64,000 bases of DNA, from the NCBI RefSeq assembly GCF_001194135.2, contig NC_068999.1:52429344-52493343 (forward strand), in the 5' to 3' direction. Each line of letters starts with the position of its first letter. Positions within the stretch are counted from its first letter, which is position 1. The notes below the pieces were generated by a model. It was not told where the DNA came from and did no database searches. It saw only the letters and a program-made list of their open reading frames with translations. Below, one piece after another: positions 14,165 through 26,711 of the stretch. Made by a program: the position numbers and the translations under genes. The DNA is from Octopus bimaculoides (taxonomy: Eukaryota).

Positions 14165-14272
14165 TGCCTGAACACAGAGGTCTCGGTCTCTGAGAAGCCC
14201 AACGTTCGAAGGTCATGCTTGACCACCACATCCCATGTCTTCCTGAGACTACCTCTACTCTGGATTCCTTCA
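14165..14272 (-). mobile_element. RTE-type LINE 3' coding fragment
   Basis: EGIQSRGSLRKTWDVVVKHDLRTLG matches the RTE C-terminal RGRPRKTW motif. Confidence 0.7.
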
Positions 14273-15384
14273 TATATATATATATATATGTATGTATGTG
14301 TATGTATATGTATGCACTCCCTAAGCATACGCATGCAGGAACACACATCAACAAATTGAAATTTGTTGGAGAAATGTGATGTTTCTAGTGTTTTTCTTGC
14401 AAAATAAATGATAATAATTAAAGTTCATCAAAGATGAAAGTTCTACAAATAACAATAATAATAAGAAGAAAAATGATGATACTGTATTATTTCATGGTAG
14501 TTTTCTACCTTTTTATTTAATTTTTTTTTTTCTTTTCAGTTTTGTGTTAATGTTTAATTACTAAATTTTTAATTAGAAAAAAGATAATTATCCAAAGACC
14601 TGATTATTTAACAAATGCTTGTGGATATATGCATGCATATATCATCATCATCATCATTATCACCATCATCATCATTTAATGTCTGTTTTCCATGCTGGCA
14701 TGGGTTGGACAGTTTGATAAGCTCCAACAAGTTGTAATACTGCATTAACCATTAAGCTCCCATGCCAGCTTTGGCATTGCTTCTACAGTTGGTTGGATGC
14801 CCTTTCTTATGCCAACCATTTTACAGTGTGCACTGAGTGATTTTTTTCGTGACAACAGCACTAGTAAGGTTGCCAATTGTATGTATGTGTGTGTACGTGT
14901 GTGTGTACGTGTGTGTGTGTGTGTGTGTGTGTATTTTATTTGTGGGTTAAGGCAACTAATGGTTTCATGTGAAGAGATCTTCACAATTGTTTAAGCATGC
15001 TGTATAGAGGTGTTGGTCAAAATTTATTCTAAAATTAAAAAGAGAAAGAGAACTTACACACAGACACACACACACATGTGCATGCACACACACATACACA
15101 CGTGCATGCACACACACACACATACTACATACACTTACTACATACATATATACATACATATGACTGGGTTTCTTTCAGTTTCTATCTACCAAATCCACTC
15201 ACAAGGTTTTGCTCAGCCAGGGGCTATAGTAGACGACACTTGCCCCAAGGTGTCATGTAGTGAGACTGAACCCAAAACCATGTGATTGGGAAGCAAACTT
15301 TTTCCCCACCATGTAAACACACACATACCTCCACCTATTTATGTATTCATTTTAAACTTATTGAAGATCCTGTGATGATACTGA

Positions 15385-15778
15385 CTTTGATTTTCTTTGA
15401 TATACCGGATTTCATTTTCATTTAATTGTTCTAACAGTTGGTTTGTTTATATCAATTTGTTTTATAGCTTATCCTGAGTCGTTTCCATGCTGAAGTTCGT
15501 TTTATACTTTAGTTTTCATTTCCGGAAAAATTGACTCTCTTGTTCATTTTTGCTTTGATATATGAAACACTGTTGTTTAATCTCAAAAATATTGAACAAA
15601 ATATAAAAGTATAAATATAACTTAAGTGCTCTCTAACTTGCTTAGAAATGAAATGAAAATAAGACGAATAAGATGAAAAGAAAATATAAACCTGAAACGG
15701 ATGTCATAATATGACAAAGTGGTATTTTAAATTGATATACACAATGTTAGAAGGAATCTGACCAAAAGAAAATCTCTA
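15385..15778. repeat. Degenerate long inverted repeat (foldback/MITE-like, about 390 bp)
   Basis: Nested arm matches: gattttctttg/caaaagaaaatc, ttctaaca..tatatcaattt/aaattgatata..tgttagaa, ttttcatttc/gaaatgaaaa, ttgttcatttttg/caaaaatattgaacaa. Confidence 0.6.
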
Positions 15779-17466
15779 AAATGAATACTGTGTAAATACA
15801 AATTGACCCTGGGAAGAGACCTTAGCATTTGAATGTAGAATGTAAGGGGCCATTACTAAATACTGATACCCTAGTGATTCTACCAATCTACTGCCTTATT
15901 CTTTTTCTTTTTTTCTTTTTTTTTTTTGGCTTGTTGGATTTGGAGAAAAAGGCAGTGCTCATAATGTTCACAGGCCCTGTTAGATCTGTGAATTTGGTAA
16001 TGTTCCCCTCGAGCCTTTGCAGGCAAACATCTCCTGGACATATATGAGCAGGAGGGGTTGTAAGTGAGTGTCACCATCATACAAGCGGTGTCAAATGTTT
16101 CTATTATTCCGTGAAAACATGTCTGGCCAAGGGAAAATATTACCTTGCTTGGAAACAGGTGATGGTTGGTGACTGTAGGTGCATCCAGCCATAGAAAATC
16201 TGCCTCAATGAATTCCATCTGGCCCATGCAAGCACAGAAAAGAGGACACTGAAATGATGATGGCAATGATCTAAGGGACCTCACCAGACCTGCAAGTATC
16301 TCATACACTTGACCTCCAGTACTGACTCACTATTTATCCATCTCTTTCTATTCACCACTTACATCCCTCTTTTCTCTATTATTGGTGCCATTATAAAAAC
16401 ACACCCAAGTATATTCTGCAGGGGTTATGAAGACGTTTTTGTTTTGGCAAAGGTTTAACAACCTCTCTAGTGCTGGTGCCATGAAAAATTGTAACCAGTC
16501 TACTCTGTAATGTGGTTCATGTTAGGAAGGACATTAAGTCATAGAAACCAAACCAAAATTGAAACTTACAAGTGAAATGCTGTCCCTTGACCCATCTAGG
16601 GGAGCAGAAATTACCCCTCCACCTACTCATGCCAGCATGGAAAGTAGATGTGAAACAATGGTGGTAGTGGTGCTGTTGATGATGGTGATGATGATGATGA
16701 TGACAATAATGATGATAAGCTGGGCTAATTCAGTAAAGTGGCTATGACCACAATGCAATGCAGTACTAGTAACAGGATACAAATGTTTGCTATCTTAACT
16801 GAGTTGTCTGGTATAAATTATCAACTTGGTCAATACTCACTTTCTAACTTGAGGTATTGAGTTCAAATCTATGCAGCAAGGAAAGCAAAGTTGAATTGTT
16901 GCTATTGTTTAGCCCAAGGTCAAATCTAATTCATCAGGCCTATGGTCAAACACATTCCAGCTATGACTGAACAGTTTTTTTTGTTTTTGTTTTTTTGTTT
17001 TTTTACCCCAAGCGCTTTGTAAACAGACCACATTTATACAATGTGTCACTTCTTTCTGATAAAGTAGAGTATGCTTCAAAGAAGATTTGGTTGTTGTACG
17101 ATCACATAAAGTATGATCGCATAAAGACACCTTCATTGGTTGATGGCAGAGATGAGTTTCATACCGAAGCTTGTGCAGCAAATCAAACTGCCTCTCTAAC
17201 CACCACCACCACCACCCACAACAACAATATTACTACAGCCACACACACCACTACCACCATCACCATTACTACCAACAAGAACATCATAGTCTTCCATATT
17301 CAGACTATAATAATTTTATGATGAATCAGCTAATCTCATAAAATAAATATCTTTTCACAGTGTGGCTCTATTATTGTTTATTTCTGCTAAGCTCTTCCAA
17401 GTCATATTTGTTGCAATGGAGAACTGGGTCATTTTTATTACTATTCTTATTGTTGTTATCATTAAG

Positions 17467-18242
17467 GTTGTGAGCTGGCAGAATCATTAACACCTTCCCT
17501 CTAAAATTGCTGGCCTTGTGCCAAAATTTGAAACCATTATTATTATTAAAAACTCTGTTGAGGTTAACTTTGCCTTTCATCCTTTGGCAGGTGAGGAGGT
17601 TGATAAAATAAAGTACTTGTCAAGTACAGGGACTAATGTAATTGTCTTACCCCCATCCCTTAAAATTTCTGACTTTGCAACCAAATTTAGAATATTTTTA
17701 CTAAGATGGCGAGCTGGCAAAATTGTTAGCATACTGGATAAAATGCTTAGTGGAATTTCATCTGTCTATACGTTCTGAGTTCAAATTCTGCTGGGGTTGA
17801 CTTTGCCTTTCATCCTTTTAGGGTCAATAAAATAAATACCAGTTGAACCCTGGGGTTGATGTAATTGATTTATCTCCTCCAAAATTACTGGCCTTGTGCC
17901 AAAATTTGAAGCCATTATTATTATTATCATCATTAAAGGCTGCAAGCTGGCAAAATTGTTAGCATGCTGGATGAAATGCTTTGCAGTATTTCGTCTGCTG
18001 CTATGTCGTTCTGAGTTCAAATTCTGTCATGGTCAATGGTTGATTAAATAAGTACTAGTTACATACTGGGGTCGAAGTAATTGACTTAATCCCTTCCCCA
18101 AAATTTGAGGCTTTGAACTTCCAGTAGGAAGGATTATTACTATCATTATTAAAGGCGGCAAAATGGCAGAATCATTAGCACGCTGGACGAAATGCTTAGC
18201 AATGTTTCGCCCATCGCTACATTCTGAGTTCAAATTCTGCCA
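17467..18242 (+). mobile_element. Head-to-tail array of five full or partial copies of a second tRNA-derived SINE family with (ATT)n tails; dispersed copies near 19990-20115 (-), 34355-34500, 34660-34835, 35820-35900, 42895-43105, 62025-62190
   Basis: Repeated gagctggcagaa..gttagca...gttctgagttcaaattct...gactttgcctttcatcc...ggccttgtgcc units. Confidence 0.8.
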
Positions 18243-18729
18243 ATCATAATGAAGAAAGAAGAGTTATCTAGAAACAAACTTTATTTTTAAGTAAGTCTTT
18301 CCTTAGGGAACAGTTACCAGAAGGGAGATAATTGTTTCTTTGTAATATGTGGTGGGAATAGAAGTTTGAATTTGAAGTAAAAGAATTAAAAGGAAAAAGA
18401 TGCATAGAATTTGCATATTTATTTACTTATTTTTTGTTTACTTATGAAATTCTAGGAAGAAAATTTTTTACTGATATTTGTGGACAGGAGGAAAAGCTGG
18501 TAATCTGTTTAATAGAAACTGCTGTTCCATTTCGTGTTGTGTGTGTGTGTGTGATTATTTGGTAACCTCACTTGGTGCCACATAAAAAGCACCCAGCACA
18601 CTCTGTAAAGTGGTTGGCATTAGGAAGGGCATTCATGCCAAAGCAGACAGTAGAGCTTAGCACAGTCTTCTGACTTGTCAGCTCCTGCCAAACATTCCAG
18701 CACATGCCTGCATGGAAGATGGACATTGA

Positions 18730-18767
<38 letters not shown>

Positions 18768-19042
18768 AAGGAGGAGGAGGAGGAGGAGGGGGATGTGTGT
18801 GTTTGTGCGTGTGTATTTCCTTGTCTTGACATCATGTGACAGTTGTAGATGAGTGTCATCATCATGTAAACAGTATCATTCATTTCCAATATACTCTGCA
18901 AAAAAACATGTCTGGCCAATATTACCTTGCTCTGAAACAGATGAGGGTTGGCAACAGGAGGGGTGTCCAGCTGTAGAAAATCTGCCTCAGTAAACTCCTT
19001 CCAGCCTATACAAGCATGGAAAAGCAGAAATTAAAAGAAAAA

Positions 19043-19074
<32 letters not shown>

Positions 19075-19590
19075 ATGATGATGATGATGATGGCAATGAA
19101 GTAGTAAGTTTGAACTACTGACTATGTAATAACTAACCTAGTGAACTTTAAACCTCACATTTACTGAGCCTCAATTGGAACTGTGTTATTTTTAAATTGC
19201 TAAAAAATATCCAGTTAAATCAAAGCTTGAGTTTCTACTTTGTGGCCATTGAAGGCTTCCAGAACGAAATTGCTGAGATTTACTGTAGCACGTGGATTGT
19301 GTAGTTTGCTGTTCTTCTTACTTCAAAGAAGATCAATGAGATATTTAACAATGAAGTATAAGAAACTACACAGTGTAGATTTAAGCATAGTGTTAGGATT
19401 AAAAATATATTTGACTTACTTTCAACAGATTAGCTTAGGTTTTAATGATCAGATTACAGGCTGACAGCCATCAAGTGCAGAATCAATAGAGAAAGCTAAC
19501 AGAATTTCCTCCAGTTTTGTTTTAATATATTATAATCATTTGAGATGGACATTTTATTGCTCAAATTACTTTCTGATAGAGGCTGCTGGA

Positions 19591-19639
<49 letters not shown>

Positions 19640-20167
19640 CACTGTGCTTTGAGCTACACATATATACGTAGTAAGCATTCAAACTTTATCTAAGCCACCA
19701 CCATCACCACTACCAATGATAACAGCTACCCCAACAGCAGCAACAGCAACAATAATGACTTTTTACTCTTGCATTATTTGTAAGGTAGAGAGGAAACTGA
19801 ATGATCTCAGTAGATAACTGGTACTTATTTAATTTCAAGTCTTTAAATAGAACAGGAAGTCTATTTTGGTAAGATTTGTACTTGAGACACAGAACAGAAG
19901 CAGTTAGTCTACTGATTAAACATTTCTGTCACTACTTAATAATGATGATGATAATAATAATAATAATAATCATAATAATAATCGTAATCCTTTCTACTAT
20001 AGGCACAAGGCCTGACATTTTGGAGGAGGGAACTAGTTGATTACATCAATCCTCAGTGTTCAACTGGTACTTAATTTATCAACTCTGAAAGGATGAAAGG
20101 TAAAGTCGACCTCAGTAGAACTCATCTGACTCTTCATCCTTTGCTTTATAGTACACCTTTATCTTGT

Positions 20168-20450
20168 GAAGGTGTGTGGCCTAATGGTTAAGGTGTTGGG
20201 CTCATGAGTATTAGATGAGGTTGTGAGTTCAATTCTCAGATCAGGCAATGGATTGTGTTCTTGAGTAAGGCACATTTCACATTGTTCCAGTGTACTCTGT
20301 TGAAAATACATACCAGTAGCAACTGAGGGTTAATCTTGTGACAAACTGGTACCCCATTCAGGGTACAGTCTCATACTCTCAACCTGAACACCACGAAACT
20401 CACCTTGGGATAGACTTCTGTCTGATTAGCCTCTAAGTTCAAGAAAGATT
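20168..20450 (+). mobile_element. tRNA-derived SINE with conserved central domain (MetaSINE/Ceph-SINE-like)
   Basis: A-box tggcctaatgg, B-box gagttcaattc and core tgtgttcttgagtaaggcac; related to 34060-34310. Confidence 0.65.
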
Positions 20451-20893
20451 TTTCCTTCCTTACCATTGATTCAAACCTGCTATCATTCTTCTGTATAACA
20501 ATCACTAAGTAGGTCATCAGCCTAAATTAGTGAACAAACAAATTAATCATTTAGTCAACTAGATTCTAATTATAAGGTTCCTTTTATAAAGAAAGCCATT
20601 CTTTATTTTAATGATACATTCATTGCTACAATCTAGTTAACCAAAGATACATATTTTATTGGTGCTGCCATGAAGAACCAATGCATTAGCAGGCTTATTA
20701 GCATTCATCAACCTGTCTTAGTTAATTAAAACAATCAATCTGTAATCAAGGAAGTTATAAAGATTATTGAATTATTTTTAGGAATCTTAATCTATTGCTG
20801 TTGCTGCTTCTTGGAATTATTTACTGCCATTTCTGGTACAAGTTGGAGCTAGTTTTCTGTAGAAATCAATGAATGATGTTGTAATAAGGCTCT

Positions 20894-20932
<39 letters not shown>

Positions 20933-23655
20933 TTACTTTTTCTTGCTAGCTGCCTCTTCCTCCTCCTCATTATCATTGTAACCACTGCCATCATCATTAT
21001 CATCTCTCACTCACTCACATATACGCACGCACACACACAGTAAGTTTCCAGACAGTTTCCACTCGTTAAATTCACTTGCAGGGGATTTATTGATTGGCCA
21101 GAGCCATAATAGAAAACACTTACTTGCCATGGGACTAAACCCAGCACCATATGGTTCTTCACCACATGACCATGATTGTGGCAGTTTTTTTCTTTCTTTC
21201 ATTCTTAGGCATGGTTACATGGTTAAGAAACTAAGTAAGAAACTTGCTTTGCAACAACATGGTTCTGGGTTCAGTCCCATTGTGTGTCATCTTGGGCATC
21301 TCGTAAGTGGATTTGGTAGACGGAAACTGTGGAAGTTTGTCAAATATATGTACATGCATGTGTGTGTGTTCATGTGGGTACATGTGCATATGTGTGTGTC
21401 TTTGTAATCATTTTCCCCCTCCACCAGCTGACAACTGGGTCTCATAACATAGCAGCTCAACAAAAGTTGGCCTTTGAGTCTGTCATCTTTTGGATTTGAC
21501 ATCATTTCAGTCAATTTTATTCTTCTTTCTTTATATTTAAGAAACTGAAGTGGGGAAAAAATGTGATCTAATTTAAAAAGGTTACAAATTAATAACTATT
21601 TTATTTTTTCTGAAATTCAGAAAAAAATTAGCATTTAACTCATTCCCTGGTAGATAGCCCTGAGTCAGCTTGCACCTAAAATATGCGGGTCTGGAGTTTG
21701 CTGAGGCAACAGGATGTGAGTTTACTGGTCTGAGGGTCAGAGAAATTTCGTCATTGTTGATGTTTGCTGAAGGAAGACGTTAAAAAGACTGACAGCAGCT
21801 CACTGCATGCTCTGACTTTAACTGATTTATAAAACTAAAGCCTATTCCAATAACAACAAACTAAAAGAACATCATCATCGTCATCACCACCACCATCATC
21901 ATCATCGTCATCATCAATGTCACCACCATTTCACTATTATCATCATCATCATCATCATCATCACCAGCATCTATTATATGCTACTACTAGTGCTGTCATC
22001 AGCACATTAATTCGTAACTAATTAGAAATAATTGTCATAGTAACTTCAAGTTGCATACAATTCAAGTGTATTTGAACTTTAATTATTGCTTAGTAATTGA
22101 ATCCTACTGTGTGTCTGTCTGTCTGTCTGTCTGCCTCTCTCTCTCTCTCTCCCTCCCTCCTCTCCCCTTCCCCTTCTCATATTCTGGCTTTCTCTACAGT
22201 CAACTTATAATTACCACTGATACTGAAAACAACCTAATTTCAATAACCTATCAATACTTCACTTCTTTATAGTATTTCTCAAAGAGATAGGTTTTTGCAT
22301 GTATACGGCTGAGTGGTAAGAAGCTTGCTTCCCAACCACATGGTTCCGGGTTTAGTCCCACTGCATGGCACCTTGGGCATGTGTCTTCTACTGTAGCCTC
22401 GGGCTGACCAAAGCCTTGTGAGTGGATTTGGTAGAGGGAAACTAAAAGAAGCTTGTCATACATACATGCATAAATACATACATACATATATATTGTCTTA
22501 TAGTCATCAGGGATCACATAATGATAATTTACTTGTGTATCTGGAGATAGTGTGAAGCCTCATTTAAAGACCTAAATCTATTTTAGGAGAGAAGTGAGCC
22601 ATGTAAGACAGAAATAATATATTGAACTCCCAATATTAACAAACTGGCTTAGATGGTGGGATCTAGGTTTAAACTTTTGGTGGAATTGTGGAGAGACAAA
22701 CTACCAAAATAATGTTTCTGCAAATGAAATATGGTAAAATGGTAGAGTTCATGCTGGTGACAATGTTTCAAACCCAGGCTACAGCTGCTCTGATAATCGG
22801 CAGTGACTTGGTCAATGAATCTTCTGTGATGGTTGGCAGTCGATGCCAAGATGAGCTGCTGTGGATCACAGCAATGTAAAAGCACATGACCAGGGACCAC
22901 ATGTGAACTTGTATTCCCAACAAAACTTCGAACATGAACTCTACACATGGTGAACTCATTGGTCAGAGCCAGCTCAGCTCACACTGGGTGAATGTCACTG
23001 CAAATTTGAGTAAGATAGTTATGTGGTGTTCTTAGTAGAGAGTTAATACAAGGAAGATAATTTCTTTGTAATATTTGGTGGCATTAGAAGTTTGAATTTG
23101 AAATTAAGGAATAAGGGGGTGGGGAAACATGCATAGAATATTTATATTTAATTTTTTTTTTCTTTTTTTTGATTATTATGAAGTTCTTACAATTTCTAAT
23201 CAGTGATAATCATGTACAACACTATTTCATTCTTCTTAGAAATAGGATATTGTTTGTGGCAATGATGACAAAATTGATGATGATGGTTGTAGTGCAGTTG
23301 TTGTGATCAAGGTGCTAGTGATTGTGGTAGTAGTCATGGTGATGGTCAAGGAGGTTGTTGTAAAGATGGTGGTTTGCTATGAAAGTGAGGATGTTGATTA
23401 TAATTATAATATTCATGCAGTTGATGATGGTTGCAATGTTGATGAAAATTATGGATGCTGATGCTTATGATCATGATGGTGGCTTATGATCATGATGAGT
23501 AATGATGTTTTTGATGATGATGATAATGATGAACTTAATGATGACAGGAATGATTACAATAATGACAAATTTTAAAAACCTTTCAATAATAATGATTTTC
23601 TTTCTTTTATTTTGTAACATGATGCTCAATGTTGTTTCTTTATGTTTCATTGCAG

Positions 23656-23805
23656 CTTGCAAGTGATGGTATTAAAAAAGATTATAGCCAATCGTACCTT
23701 GATCAAGCAAATTACACATTTGAAAAGAAAAATGGAACAGAGATTGTTCTGAAAATGAAAGTCAAGCTAGGAGAATATTTCCGTAAAAAAAAGAGAGCAG
23801 CCAAT
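23656..23805 (+). CDS. Coding exon A (phase 0-0): [50 protein letters not shown]
   Basis: Acceptor tttcattgcag and donor gtaagt; 150 nt. Resembles the N-terminal helical region of alpha2delta/CACHD1. N-glycosylation sequons NYT and NGT. Confidence 0.85.
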
Positions 23806-26675
23806 GTAAGTATTATCTTATTGAATGTTTAAAGTCTGGTATAGAAGTTAGATTGAGGATGTTATTGCTTCAAGAAATAATGATTTCAAATTTTAGATTG
23901 GGGGAGGGGGTTAAGTTGATGACGTTGGCATGGGTGCCAGTCGTCGAATTTAGTTCGATTTCGATTTCACTTGCCTCAACAGGTCTTCGCAAGCGGTGTT
24001 ATGATGGGTTTCTTTTCAGTTTTGGTTTGTTTGACTAAAGGCAGTGCTCCAGCATGGCTGCAGTCAGATGACTGACACAAGTAAAAGAATATATATATAT
24101 ACAGACACACACACACATATATATATATATATACACACACATATATATATATGCTGTTTGTGTTGTAATGTACTGTTTTATAATGTATTTGTGTTACCCC
24201 TGGAGCAAATACATGAAATATTCTGTTATAGCCAAAAACTTGCGATTTTCAGTATAAACTTGACGCTGAGGAAACATTTTATTGGGTGGTTTCTATATCT
24301 CGTTGAGACTGCCAGTCTCTTAGCCGGGTAGATCTCTTTAAAGCTTACTGCTTTTCAACTTTGCCACTCGATAAAGTATCTTCCATTTATTCAGGATTCT
24401 ATCTACAGAGCCAGGTGTAAAAGTGATTTCAAATATAAATCTCATGGTTTACCATAAAACCTACCTCTCCTGCTAAACCATTTAGCTTGCTTCTAATCAA
24501 TTTTTAAATTCTGGAATGTTTGAAGAACACACACATATACATACATACACATATATATACATACACTATACACATATATAAAGCCTGTGTTGACCAACAA
24601 CTTCTCGTGATATCTAACATTTAAATACTTTCTCTGTTGCTTTTGATACCTTGCCCGCTTTTCAGCTCAAATATCTCCCAAATGCATCGATATCTATTTG
24701 ACACGATATCTGTCGAATATATTATATAAGCATCTTTTAAGCGAGATGATATCCCTTTAATGTGCGTCTCAAGTTAATACACTAGATCGGTTTAAATTAA
24801 TATCAGTCTCAAGCCAATTTCTGTACTTTCATGTAATTTTCAATGCAACACCGTTCAAAGAGGTTATATTTAATTGATTGAATACCTTTCACTCTGCTAA
24901 AGCAAATAACTAGACACTCTGTGAAGTTTTATTCTTAGCACCAATAAATCAGAATTTATTGAAATGTGCTATCTCCCTTCTGGAAGCTGAGTTAGCAGCC
25001 ACCATTGCTATCTATGCTATTATTCACTGTTCATTTAATATACCATCCTCTATCAAGATTTATTTATCAAACTATCTCCTCCATCAGCTAGGAACAGTAT
25101 ATCTAACACATTATCATCACTTCACTGAACAGTGTGTACATTTAATGTGCCAAAGAATTAATATTTACTATATAGATTTTTTTTTTTTTTTTACTTCTTC
25201 ACATTAACAATTTACAGTTATCATTGTTTTTAAGTATTCTCTTCTCTTTTGCTGCTTTTATTCTTTTTATTTTTTTAAAATTCATTTTTACATAATTTTG
25301 ATATTTTGTTTTATCTTTGTCAGAATTGTCAGAATGATTAAAATATTTTTTTAAAATTTTTATTTTTATTTTTATTTCAATGATTAGGAATCATATGGTT
25401 GTTCTTTCAAGAGATGAATTTATTTCCATTTAGAAACTGATAAATCATAATTTTGACAATTATATGTAATTTTATCAGCACCGTTATCCATTACCATTTT
25501 ATTCTTTCCAATTGAAGAAAAATCAGAGAACAGCTCCACCTGCTCAATGTAGCAGGAAAATCTTCATCAACCAATTCCTCACAATTCCATTACATATCCT
25601 CACATGTTTTAAAATCTAAATCTTAAGACAGGTTGACCTTCAGTTTAGTCTATATACATGGAATAAAAGCTATCATTCTTTTATTTTTTACTTGTTTTAG
25701 TCAGCATATCACAGTAATTATTTTTAAAGTCTAGTAGTTGTTCCAGCAGTCTTTTTTACTGAGCTATCAGTTGATGGATGGGTAGAACAAACTCAGATTC
25801 GCCCATCCTCATCACCCCCGCCATCATCATTATCACCATCATCATTTTAATGTACACTTTTCCATGTCTGCATGGTTTAGATGGAGTTTATTGAACCAGG
25901 TTTTTTATACACCCTTCCTGTCACCAACTCTCTCTTGTTTCCGGGCAGGTTAATATTTTCTCATGGTCAGACATTATCATACAGAATACTGGAAATGAAT
26001 GACACTGCTTGTATGATAGTGATGCTCGTTTACAGCTCTCATGTGATGTCAAGACAAGGAAACACAATTGCCATGATTAATCGCTGACCAAAACATTCAA
26101 TTTTTTTTCTCCGTGTTTTCTCTGTATTCTTTCTGTTGAAGAGCATAGCTCGAAACGTTAAAGACTTTCTGTATTCCTGAGCGTTAAACTAATACATCCT
26201 TTTGTTGTCTACACCACCTGTCCTCGTCTGTTGTTGTTTTTTTTCGTAAATTCTCCCATATATATATATATATAACAGTTAACAAGTGAAACAGAGACAG
26301 AGAGAAACAAGAAAAATACCCCTGGTATTTGAATACTATACAAATATGTTTTTAAAAAGACTTTTCATTTGAATTTGCCAAAATTTAATTTTTCCATAAT
26401 TTGTTATCCATATTTACTGTTGAAAAGATCTCAAGGATCGAAACCAGTACTGAAATGTTTTTTTATAAAAGTATTTTAGCATTTTCTACTTTGCCTTTTT
26501 TCCATATATACATACATACATATATATNNNNNNNNNNNNNNNNNNNNNNNNNNNNNNNNNNNNNNNNNNNNNNNNNNNNNNNNNNNNNNNNNNNNNNNNN
26601 NNNNNNNNNNNNNNNNNNNNNNNNNNNNNNNNNNNNNNNNNNNNNNNNNNNNNNNNNNNNNNNNNNNNNNNNNNN

Positions 26676-26711
<36 letters not shown>

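Noticed and set aside
16995-17321. Protein-like ORF (RFVNRPHLYNVS...) after a T-rich tract
   Set aside because: No recognisable homology and no donor in a phase compatible with exon A.
22650-22960. GC-richer segment with LIIGSDL, faintly like an APE GDFN motif
   Set aside because: A single weak motif; the other endonuclease motifs were not found.
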